Assembly (NCBI RefSeq): GCF_000023965.1
Contig: NC_013202.1
Coordinates: 1,050,001-1,082,000, forward strand
Length of the DNA stretch: 32,000 nt
Direction of reading: 5' to 3'
Origin: Halomicrobium mukohataei DSM 12286
Lineage (GTDB): Archaea > Halobacteriota > Halobacteria > Halobacteriales > Haloarculaceae
The translations under genes were made by a program, and so were the position numbers. Positions within the stretch are counted from its first letter, which is position 1. Each line of letters opens with the position of its first letter. A model generated the notes under the pieces. The model was given only the letters and a program-made list of their open reading frames with translations, was not told the DNA's origin and did no database searches. Shown piece by piece: positions 16,045-23,595 of the stretch.

Positions 16045-16830
16045 ATGACTGTCGCGGACCTCCACGTCCACACGCAGCGCTCGGACGGGACGCTGTCCCT
16101 CGACGAGGTGCCGGCGGCCGCACGGCGCGGCGGCCTCGACGCCGTCGCGGTGACCGACCACGACCGGCTCTCGCCCGACCTCGACGCCCCCGTGACGACA
16201 CGCGAGGGGATCACGGTCGTCCACGGGATCGAGCTCCGGGTCGAGGCCGGCCAGCAGCGTCTCGACCTGCTCGGCTACGGCGTCTCGCCGACGGACGCGC
16301 TGGTCGCCGAGTGCGAGCGCATCCAGCGAAACCGGGCCGAGCGCGGGGCGGCCATCGTCGACTGCGTCGAGGAGCGACTGTCCGTTTCGCTGCCGATCGA
16401 ACCGCGGCCCGGACTGGGTCGGCCACACATCGCACGCGCGATCGCGGAAGTCAGCGACTACGACGTCGACGGCGCGTTCGCCCACCTCATCGGCGACGAC
16501 TGTCCGTGTTACGTCTCCCGCGAAGTCCCCTCTTTCGAGCGGGGCCGTGAGTTACTGGCCGACGCGTGCGGACTCGTGGGGCTGGCCCATCCGCTGCGCT
16601 ACGACGACCCCGAGAGCGCGCTCGCGCTCTGTGACACGCTCGACGCCGTCGAAGGTCCCTACCCCTACGCCGACGACCCCGACCTGTCTGCCGTCGACCG
16701 GGCCATCGAGCGCCACGACCTGCTGGTGACCGGGGGGAGCGACGCGCACGACGACCGGCTGGGCCTGGCCGGTCTGGACAGCGCTCAGTGGGAGCGCGTC
16801 CGGGACGCCCTGGACGTGTCGCCGGAGTGA
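16045..16830 (+). CDS. PHP-domain metal-dependent phosphoesterase
   Basis: I chose the ATG at 16045. ADLHVHTQRSDG, AVTDHD, HGIEL and GGSDAHD are the PHP motifs. The 399 upstream codons of the track ORF are antisense to ribK. Confidence 0.8.
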   Translation: MTVADLHVHTQRSDGTLSLDEVPAAARRGGLDAVAVTDHDRLSPDLDAPVTTREGITVVHGIELRVEAGQQRLDLLGYGVSPTDALVAECERIQRNRAERGAAIVDCVEERLSVSLPIEPRPGLGRPHIARAIAEVSDYDVDGAFAHLIGDDCPCYVSREVPSFERGRELLADACGLVGLAHPLRYDDPESALALCDTLDAVEGPYPYADDPDLSAVDRAIERHDLLVTGGSDAHDDRLGLAGLDSAQWERVRDALDVSPE

Positions 16831-16875
16831 CCGGCGAACGGAGCATTCAATGTCACAGGGACCCAACCATGTCGT

Positions 16876-17040
16876 ATGCAATGTCACTACTGCGAGAGTG
16901 AAGCGGACATCGCAGTCGAGAAAGACGGTATCTCTGTGGGGGTCTGCAAGACTCACTTCCGCGAGCAACTCGAAGAACTCGAAGAGACCGAGTGGCTCGG
17001 CGATCTCGACGAGGAGCTCGACATCGACCGAACGGAGTGA
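16876..17040 (+). CDS. possible small acidic Cys/His protein (54 aa): MQCHYCESEADIAVEKDGISVGVCKTHFREQLEELEETEWLGDLDEELDIDRTE
   Basis: Not in the ORF track (under 60 aa). It has a CxxC...CxxH pattern, an acidic tail and G/C-biased third positions. The overlapping 175-aa track ORF is Ser/Arg-rich and unlikely to be real. Confidence 0.45.
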   Translation: MQCHYCESEADIAVEKDGISVGVCKTHFREQLEELEETEWLGDLDEELDIDRTE

Positions 17041-17154
17041 TGCGGAACGTCGTCGTCGCGTACCGGTGACCGTCGCCACGGGGGAGACGTTCACCAGTGC
17101 ATTCCGACGACCGTCCGTACGAGGACTTTTTCGGCCGGCAGTCCCAGCCCGTGT

Positions 17155-17634
17155 ATGGAACGGACCAGCATCGACGACGTGGACGCGCGGATCGGTCCCG
17201 CGGCCGTCAAGCGAGCGCTCGGCCCGGCGCTGGAGACGACCGAGGTCGCTCTCAACTACTACGAACTCGCGCCCGGCGACAGCTTCGGCTTCGGCTATCA
17301 CCGCCACAGCGATCAGGAAGAGGTCTTCTACGTCTTTCAGGGGACCGCCACCTTCGAGACCGAGGACGGGCCGGTAGCGGTCGGTCCCGACGAGGTGATC
17401 CGGTTCGCGCCGGGCGAGTGGCAGCTCGGTCGCAACGCGGGCGACGAGCGAGTCGTCGCACTGGCCGTCGGTGCTCCCGAAGCCAGCGGCGACACGGAGA
17501 TGGTACGTGCGTGTCCCGACTGTGAGGAGCGAACCGAACAGACCGTCGACTGGGCCGACGACGGCGACGCTCTCGTGACGCTGTGTGTCGACTGCGGTGC
17601 CAGAACCGGGCGATTCGAATATAGTAGCCATTGA
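17155..17634 (+). CDS. cupin-domain protein with a C-terminal zinc ribbon
   Basis: The cupin motifs are GYHRHSDQEEVFYVFQG and IRFAPGEW. CPDCE...CVDCG forms a zinc ribbon. The last four codons (YSSH) and the stop lie inside family 1 element copy 2. Confidence 0.8.
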   Translation: MERTSIDDVDARIGPAAVKRALGPALETTEVALNYYELAPGDSFGFGYHRHSDQEEVFYVFQGTATFETEDGPVAVGPDEVIRFAPGEWQLGRNAGDERVVALAVGAPEASGDTEMVRACPDCEERTEQTVDWADDGDALVTLCVDCGARTGRFEYSSH

Positions 17635-17703
17635 AAATCAATGCACACCCGATCGCACGACAGCAGTGCGATCGGTGTGTCAATCGTTTCAATTGTTACT
17701 ATA
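17620..17703. repeat. palindromic MITE-like element, family 1, copy 2 (84 bp)
   Basis: It is 83/84 identical to 2465-2548. The single G/A difference is in the hairpin loop (2507 vs 17662). Confidence 0.9.
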
Positions 17704-17704
17704 G

Positions 17705-17819
17705 CTACTCGAAGGCGTCGATGCCGGTCAGATCGGCCCCGAGGATCAGCGTGTGGATGTCGTGAGTCCCCTCGTAGGTGTAGACGGTCTCCATGTTTGC
17801 GGCGTGGCACATCGACGGG
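17705..17819 (-). pseudogene. duplicated 3' end of the acyl-CoA dehydrogenase gene (left copy of the 118-bp direct repeat 17702-17819)
   Basis: 107 nt are identical to 19615-19721. Identity then continues to 17819/19732 with 2 mismatches. The fragment encodes ...[33 protein letters not shown] with no upstream gene body. Confidence 0.85.
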
Positions 17820-18057
17820 CTTTCGCCGAGGGGTTCGCGTCACGAACCCAAGGCGAAAAGCGGTCGTGCTTATACCGCCGGCTGTACGTCTGTACAGAAT
17901 TTCGCGACCCCGTGGTCGCGCAGATCTTGAAACAGTTACAGTCGGCAGTATTATTCCACAACTTTGCGGCGCAGCTCTGTCGTTGCGTCCGAGCGTCATT
18001 GCTCGGTGGAATACGAGATCCGAAGTACTTATTTCAACCACTACGCTTCTGGTTGGT

Positions 18058-19488
18058 ATGCCACGCCCGGCCACCGTACTCCTTGTCGTACTCGTTTCCG
18101 TCGGTGGTGTCGGACTGGTGCTCTCGACGAACGTCGTCGCGCTCGACGAGGACGGGATGCCGGCGGTAGCGGAACTGCAGCAAGACACGGATCCACTCGT
18201 CGCCGATACGGACGATGACGGTCTCGACGACGGTTCCGAAGTCGACGAGCTCGGGACGGATCCAGTGGTCGCCGATACGGACGATGATGGTCTCGACGAC
18301 GGTTCTGAAGTCGACGAGCTCGGGACGGATCCAGTGGTCGCCGACACGGACGAGGACGGTCTCGACGACGGTTCCGAAGTCGACGAGCTCGGGACGGATC
18401 CAGTGGTCGCCGACACGGACGGCGACGGTCTCGACGACGGCTCCGAAGTATATACGCACGAGACGGGGCCGATGTCGGCCGATACAGACCACGATGGACT
18501 CAACGACAGTACCGAGATCGAGATCCACGGAACAGACCCCACCTCGGCCGACAGCGACGCCGACGATCTCGAAGACCTCGACGAAATCGAGCTTCACGGC
18601 ACAGATCCTGCGGCAGCCGACACGGACGGGGACGGCCTCGACGACGGTGCCGAAGTGTACCAGCACCGAACTGGCACGACGACAGCTGACACGGACGGTG
18701 ACGGTCTCGACGACGGCACAGAGATCGAAGTCCACGGTACGGATCCCACGGCAGCCGACACGGACGGAGACGGCCTCGAAGACGCTGCCGAAATCGAGAT
18801 TCATGACACGGACCCCCTACAGGCCGACATGGACGGGGACGGTCTCAAGGACGGTGACGAAGTCGACCACGACGCGCTTGACGAGGCAGATCCATTCCGT
18901 ATGGATATTTTCGTCGAGGTAGACTACGTCGAGGGATACAAACCGCCGACGCGATCTCTGGAGATGGTCAGGGAAGCGTACGCGGCGGCACCGATATCGA
19001 ACCCGGACAGTTCAACTGGTATTCGACTCCACATCAGTTACGGCGAGGCGATCGATACTGACGGTCGCGTTAGTCTCGACGAGCTGCGGCAACGTTACAC
19101 GCCCGTATACTTCGATCACGAAGACGACGGTTACCACTACGGCATCGCGGTCGGCGACGCTCGGCACGACGCCCGCTCCGTCGCTGGGGTAACCCAAGGC
19201 TGGGGCGACAACAGACCATTTCTCTTCGAGACGGCCCGAGACGACAGTGACCAGACGCTACCCGACGACTCCATCGCGAGTACATTCATGCACGAACTGG
19301 GCCACTCGAACGGGATCCGACCGAACGACTACGAGGGCGTCGACTCGAAGGCTGTCAGTACAGACCGCTACGAAAGTGCGATGAACTACAACGCTCCGAA
19401 TGGGTACGTGGGCTACAACGACGGAGTGCCGTTCGACGACTGGGACCACATCGAGCACCACCTCCACACGCCGGACGTACGAGACTGA
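18058..19488 (+). CDS. secreted protein with 10 thrombospondin-type-3-like calcium-binding repeats and a C-terminal metzincin-like zinc peptidase domain
   Basis: I chose the ATG at 18058 (MPRPATVLLVVLVSVGGVGLVL is a signal/anchor). There are ten DxDxDGLxDxxE units. HELGH lies at 19291-19305 and a Met-turn-like SAMNY at 19375-19389. The track ORF's upstream 139 codons start inside the palindromic element. Confidence 0.75.
   Translation: MPRPATVLLVVLVSVGGVGLVLSTNVVALDEDGMPAVAELQQDTDPLVADTDDDGLDDGSEVDELGTDPVVADTDDDGLDDGSEVDELGTDPVVADTDEDGLDDGSEVDELGTDPVVADTDGDGLDDGSEVYTHETGPMSADTDHDGLNDSTEIEIHGTDPTSADSDADDLEDLDEIELHGTDPAAADTDGDGLDDGAEVYQHRTGTTTADTDGDGLDDGTEIEVHGTDPTAADTDGDGLEDAAEIEIHDTDPLQADMDGDGLKDGDEVDHDALDEADPFRMDIFVEVDYVEGYKPPTRSLEMVREAYAAAPISNPDSSTGIRLHISYGEAIDTDGRVSLDELRQRYTPVYFDHEDDGYHYGIAVGDARHDARSVAGVTQGWGDNRPFLFETARDDSDQTLPDDSIASTFMHELGHSNGIRPNDYEGVDSKAVSTDRYESAMNYNAPNGYVGYNDGVPFDDWDHIEHHLHTPDVRD
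18190..18465 (+). repeat. four tandem 69-bp (23-codon) repeats, about 94% identical, within the TSP3 region
   Basis: The units are 18190-18258, 18259-18327, 18328-18396 and 18397-18465 (the last diverges at its end). Neighbouring full units differ at 4/69 positions. More diverged units continue to about 18870. Confidence 0.9.
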
Positions 19489-19614
19489 TACTGTCGACTG
19501 TCACCGCCTCAACCCGCATCTCCGGAGACAGTAGTCGCCACATGTCACTGCACAGCCAGCGGTGTATGTCGTCGCGTTTCGTTGTGTGAGAACGCAGTCC
19601 GCTCGCGATTCGAG

Positions 19615-19732
19615 TAGCTACTCGAAGGCGTCGATGCCGGTCAGATCGGCCCCGAGGATCAGCGTGTGGATGTCGTGAGTCCCCTCGTAGGTGTAGACGG
19701 TCTCCATGTTTGCGGCGTGGCGCATCGGCGGG
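19615..19732. repeat. right copy of the 118-bp direct repeat (functional 3' end of the acyl-CoA dehydrogenase gene)
   Basis: See 17702-17819. The offset between copies is 1913 bp. Confidence 0.9.
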
Positions 19733-20844
19733 TAGTCGGTCGTGATCCCGTTGCCCCCCAGCATCTCGCGGGCGGTCTGTGCGACCTCGCGGGCCATCCG
19801 GACGTTGTTGCGCTTGGCCATCGACACCTGCTGGGGGCGCAGATCGCCGCGTGCTTTCAGCGTCGCCAGCCTGTCGGCGAGCAGCTGTGCGGTCGTAATG
19901 CGGGTCGCCATCTCGGCGAGCTTCTCCTGTTGGAGCTGGAAGCGGGCGATCGGGCCGCCGAACTGCTCGCGGTCGGTCGCGTACTCGCGGGCCGCCTCGA
20001 AGCAGTCTCGGGCGGCCCCGACCGCGCCCCACGCGATGCCGTAGCGTGCTTCGGTGAGACAGGACAGCGGCCCTTTCATCCCCTCGACGCCGGGCAGGAG
20101 GGCGTCCTCTGGCACCCACGCGTCCCGGAGGTGGATCTCGCCGGTCGAAGAGGCCCGCATCGAGAGCTTCCCGTCGATCTCGCTGGTCTCGACACCGCCA
20201 GACCGGTCGGTCTGGCGAGGCTCGGTCTCGCCTTGCTCCTCCGAGACGCCCTCACTGTCCAGATCGACGAGAACGCCACGAACGGGATCGTCGGTCTCGG
20301 CGTCCCCGTCGTCGATCTTGCACCAGATCACGGCCACGTCGGCGATCGGCGCGTTCGTGATCCACGTCTTCGTTCCCGAGAGCCGATAGCCGTCCCCGTC
20401 GGGCACCGCAGTCGTCTCCATGCTCGCCGGGTCAGAGCCGTGCTCTGGCTCTGTCAGGCCGAAACAGCCGACGGCGTCGCCCGCGGCGAGGTCGGGCAGC
20501 CATCGCTCTCGCTGGGCCTCGCTTCCGAACTCGTGGATCGGATACATCACCAGCGCGCCCTGGACGCTGGCCATCGAGCGCACGCCGGAGTCGCCGGCCT
20601 CCAGTTCCTGCATGAGCAGGCCGTACGAGCGGGGACTCACTCCCGGAAGCGTTCCCCACGACAGCGTCGGCGCGAAGAAGTCCAGTTCGCCCATCGCCTC
20701 GAACAGGTGGTCGGGCGAGGTCCCGGACTCGAACCACTCGCCGATCTCGGGGCGAACGTGCTCGTCGACGAACTCGCGGGCGGTGTCGCGGATCATACGT
20801 TCCTCGCCGTCGAGGTCGCTCTCCAGGTCCAGATAGTCGAGCAT
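19618..20844 (-). CDS. acyl-CoA dehydrogenase, glutaryl-CoA dehydrogenase-like
   Basis: I chose the ATG at 20844 (MLDYLDLESDL...). GCFGLTEPEHGSDPASM, WITNAPIADVAVIW and [13 protein letters not shown] are present. The track's upstream 287 codons are Arg-rich and overlap the next gene. Confidence 0.85.
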   Translation of the reverse strand: MLDYLDLESDLDGEERMIRDTAREFVDEHVRPEIGEWFESGTSPDHLFEAMGELDFFAPTLSWGTLPGVSPRSYGLLMQELEAGDSGVRSMASVQGALVMYPIHEFGSEAQRERWLPDLAAGDAVGCFGLTEPEHGSDPASMETTAVPDGDGYRLSGTKTWITNAPIADVAVIWCKIDDGDAETDDPVRGVLVDLDSEGVSEEQGETEPRQTDRSGGVETSEIDGKLSMRASSTGEIHLRDAWVPEDALLPGVEGMKGPLSCLTEARYGIAWGAVGAARDCFEAAREYATDREQFGGPIARFQLQQEKLAEMATRITTAQLLADRLATLKARGDLRPQQVSMAKRNNVRMAREVAQTAREMLGGNGITTDYPPMRHAANMETVYTYEGTHDIHTLILGADLTGIDAFE

Positions 20845-20957
20845 ACGACGGCTACGCGTGGCGCGGGCAAAAGTGTGGTCCGCGGTGACGAGAGCCGTGG
20901 CGACCGGAGTCGATGGGGCCGATCGCGCTCGTCCACGTTGCCAGTGTGTTGCTGCCG

Positions 20958-21677
20958 TCAGTCGTCTGCGGCCGCGACGCCGCCGGACTCTCCCGTCCCG
21001 GCTCGCCCTCGGAGGTACTGCGTGAAGTTGTCGAAGAGGCGTTTTGCCTCGCAGGCGGCGTCGTAGTTCTCGGACGTGATCCCGTCGAGGACCTGCTGTA
21101 TCCGTTCTTCGGAGAGCTGATCGTCCTTGCCTCGGGTGACCTCGCGGGCCGTCTCGGTGTCGTACTCGGGGTGGAACTGCACCGAGAACACGTCCTCGGT
21201 CTGGAACCCGTGGATGCCGTAGTCGTTGGCGGCGAACTGCTCGGCTCCCGGTGGCAGCTCGACGACGCGGTCGGAGTGGGTCGTAAAGACGGTGAACCGC
21301 TCGTCGACGCCGTCGAGCAGTTCGCTGGTGCCGTCGTGTTCGACGGTGCGATAGCCGATCTCGTACTCGTCCATCGGCTCGACCTCGCCGCCCAGTGCGT
21401 GTGCGAGCAGCTGGTGGCCGAAACAGACGCCCAGGAACGCCACGTCGCGCTCGACCGCGTCGCGGACCCACGAGGTCAGGTCCGCGATCCAGGGCTCCTC
21501 CCAGTAGACGGAGGCGCGGGACCCGGTGAGGAGACAGCCGTCGAACGCGAAGGTGTCTGGCAGTTCGCGTTCGGTCACGTCGTACTCGACGAGGTCGGCG
21601 TCTAGCTCCCGCCGGAAGTTCCGGCGGTTGAGCGCCCCGTCGTGGGCCGCGTTCAGCAAGGCGATCCTGAGGCTCAT
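20958..21677 (-). CDS. class I glutamine amidotransferase-like protein
   Basis: GVCFGHQLLAHALGG is the nucleophile-elbow Cys motif, and FSVQFHPE is the His-Glu region. ATG at 21677. Confidence 0.8.
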   Translation of the reverse strand: MSLRIALLNAAHDGALNRRNFRRELDADLVEYDVTERELPDTFAFDGCLLTGSRASVYWEEPWIADLTSWVRDAVERDVAFLGVCFGHQLLAHALGGEVEPMDEYEIGYRTVEHDGTSELLDGVDERFTVFTTHSDRVVELPPGAEQFAANDYGIHGFQTEDVFSVQFHPEYDTETAREVTRGKDDQLSEERIQQVLDGITSENYDAACEAKRLFDNFTQYLRGRAGTGESGGVAAADD

Positions 21678-21768
21678 CACTCCTATTCAGCGGGTCGAGC
21701 CACAAAAGCGTACAGATACGTGGCCGTATTTGCCGATCTCCGCGACGCCGCTGTCGCGGGTCGGCCGG

Positions 21769-22548
21769 TCACGCGTCGTCGGTCTGTTCGTCGAGCCAGC
21801 CAAGCACCGCGTCCGAGACCGCGGCGCTCTCCTCGACGAAGGCCCAGTGGCCGCCCTCGACGGCGCGGTACTCCCCTCGCGGGAGGTCCGCGGCCAGGGA
21901 CTCGCCGGCCGACGCCGGAACGATCTCGTCGTCGACGCCGTGCAGAACCAGCGTGGGCAGCGTGATCTCGTACAGCGGCGGGGCCTCGAACGCCCGCATC
22001 GCGGCGGCCTGTGCGTCCCACGCCGCCGGGTCGGCGTCGTCGGCCTGTCGCCACTCGACCATCTCCTCGCGGATGGTGGGGTGGTCGGTTAGATCCGATG
22101 CGAACGCGGTCTGTAGCGACGTTTCGAGCGCCGCGCGGTCGTCCAGCGAGGCACGGAGGTCGTCCAGCTTGTCGGTCACCGCGTCGCCGCTGGCGGCGGT
22201 CCCGAAGAGCGTCAGCGACGCCCCACGGTCGTACTCGTGGGCGTAGGCCAGGGCGACCATCCCGCCCAGTCCCGCGCCGACGAGGTGGACCCGCGCGACG
22301 CCGGCATCGGCAAACACCGCCTCCAGATCGGCCGCGAGTCGGTCGACACTGTAGGGCCCCGGCGGCGCGTCCGAGCGCCCGGTCCCGCGGAGGTCCCACA
22401 CGAGGCTCTCGTATGGGCCGGCGACGACGCCGTGTTGCCAGCTCCAGAGCCACGCGCCGGCCCCCACGTCGTTGACGAACGCCACTGTCTCGCCGTCTCC
22501 GTCGCACTCGTAGTGTACTGCGACGCCGTCGGCTGTCGCGGTCGGCAT
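21769..22548 (-). CDS. alpha/beta-hydrolase-fold protein lacking the nucleophile serine
   Basis: The fold motifs are present (LRGTGRSD, LHGVDDEIVP, GGHWAFVEE). The nucleophile elbow reads VGAGLGG (Gly where Ser is expected), and the HG oxyanion dipeptide reads ND. Confidence 0.7.
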   Translation of the reverse strand: MPTATADGVAVHYECDGDGETVAFVNDVGAGAWLWSWQHGVVAGPYESLVWDLRGTGRSDAPPGPYSVDRLAADLEAVFADAGVARVHLVGAGLGGMVALAYAHEYDRGASLTLFGTAASGDAVTDKLDDLRASLDDRAALETSLQTAFASDLTDHPTIREEMVEWRQADDADPAAWDAQAAAMRAFEAPPLYEITLPTLVLHGVDDEIVPASAGESLAADLPRGEYRAVEGGHWAFVEESAAVSDAVLGWLDEQTDDA

Positions 22549-22587
22549 AGTCGAACCGTGGCTCGCGAGCCCGTTGTGCGTATCGGT

Positions 22588-23544
22588 TCACCGAACGGGC
22601 TCGTCGGGAGCCGTCGGAACGACGCCCTCGGCGGCGGCCTGGCGGTAGTAGTACCCCCACAGCACTCCCAGCGAGTAGGTCCCCCAGGCCCGGACGACGA
22701 CGGGGCCGACGAGCGTGATCACCGACAGCACCGCCGCGACGGCGACGGCGACGATCCCGGCGATCCAGGCGAGCCACGCTCTGACGTACGTCCCCGAGGT
22801 CGCGAACCGACCGGTCGACGCCCGCGAGAACGCCGTTCGCAGCTCGCCGGTCGCGGCGTAGACCGTCAGCGACGCCGGGAACGGGTAGAGTCCCAGCACG
22901 CCGGTCGTCACGCCCAGTGCGATCCCGAGCGGTTCGTCGACGGTCCAGACCGCCGCTGTGGCCCCCCCACCGACTGCCAGGATCGCCCCGTAGAGCCCCG
23001 CCACGAGCAGGCACTGGAGCCCGCCGACCAGCGACTCGCCGTAGTCGTCGAACGCCGGCCGCTCGCGCTGGCCCCGCGCGACCGCGCCACAGAGACGGAA
23101 GCCGTACCCGACGGTGACGAGCGAGAAGACGGGCAACACGAGCGCGAGCAGCTCCACGATCCCGCCGACGATCAGCGGCCGGTAGTCCTCCTCGACCGGA
23201 TAGGTCGCCGCCACGCCGAACGACCAGCGACCGGCGAAGGGCGACGGCCCCGACGGGTCCGTCGACGGCGGGGCGTCTTCGTCGGCCCCGTCCCCGTTCT
23301 CACCGCTCGCGAGCGTGTCGTCGATCCCCGCCAGCGGCTTCGACTCCTCGTCCCCGGCCCCGTTCGTGGCGTCGCCCCCACCGGAGTCGGCGTCGCCCCC
23401 CTCATCCCAGGGCACCTCCGGCTCGGGCGGTCCCGGGAACGCGTCTCCCGGCGGCTCGATCCGGTGCCTGACCGCCTGCCCGCAGGACGGACACGTCTGT
23501 GTCTCGAAATCCGTCTTCGTCCCGCAGGCCAGACAGTATGGCAT
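22588..23544 (-). CDS. zinc-ribbon plus DUF4013-like membrane protein
   Basis: The N-terminus has CLACG...CPSCG, followed by an acidic Gly/Asp linker. The 4-6 TM region with GYGFRL...RPAFDDYGESLVGGL matches my recollection of DUF4013. ATG at 23544. Confidence 0.7.
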   Translation of the reverse strand: MPYCLACGTKTDFETQTCPSCGQAVRHRIEPPGDAFPGPPEPEVPWDEGGDADSGGGDATNGAGDEESKPLAGIDDTLASGENGDGADEDAPPSTDPSGPSPFAGRWSFGVAATYPVEEDYRPLIVGGIVELLALVLPVFSLVTVGYGFRLCGAVARGQRERPAFDDYGESLVGGLQCLLVAGLYGAILAVGGGATAAVWTVDEPLGIALGVTTGVLGLYPFPASLTVYAATGELRTAFSRASTGRFATSGTYVRAWLAWIAGIVAVAVAAVLSVITLVGPVVVRAWGTYSLGVLWGYYYRQAAAEGVVPTAPDEPVR

Positions 23545-23595
23545 CACTCGCCCCTTCTGGGGCGGAATAAAAGTAGCTTGGTACTCCGGGAGCGG

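Noticed and set aside
17606-17632. tRNA T-arm-like string GGGCGATTCGAATAT
   Set aside because: No acceptor stem, D-arm or anticodon arm can be drawn around it. It is the junction between the cupin 3' end and the palindromic element. I found no convincing tRNA anywhere in the window.
17641-18057. Upstream 139 codons of the 615-aa ORF (MHTRSHDSSAIGVSIVSIVTIA...), plus the similar ORFs starting at 2476 and 2486
   Set aside because: These starts lie inside the palindromic family 1 element, and the frames read through the element and non-coding or antisense DNA. The identical N-termini are a by-product of the repeat. The real gene starts at 18058 with a signal peptide.
16552-18542. Minus-strand ORFs of 359 aa (16552-17631) and 401 aa (17337-18542), the latter with SSTSEPSSRPSSSVSATTGSVP repeats
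   Set aside because: They are antisense to the PHP, cupin and TSP3-repeat genes. The repeats are simply the reverse-frame image of the TSP3 tandem repeats, and the composition (Ser/Arg/Pro) is non-haloarchaeal.
18190-18870. Possible CRISPR-like repeat array
   Set aside because: The repeats are contiguous 69-bp in-frame coding units with no spacers, and they encode a calcium-binding motif. No cas genes are present.
20845-21705. Upstream 287 codons of the 695-aa ORF containing the acyl-CoA dehydrogenase
   Set aside because: The region is Arg-rich, overlaps the well-supported glutamine amidotransferase gene in another frame, and acyl-CoA dehydrogenase homology starts at MLDYLDLE (20844).
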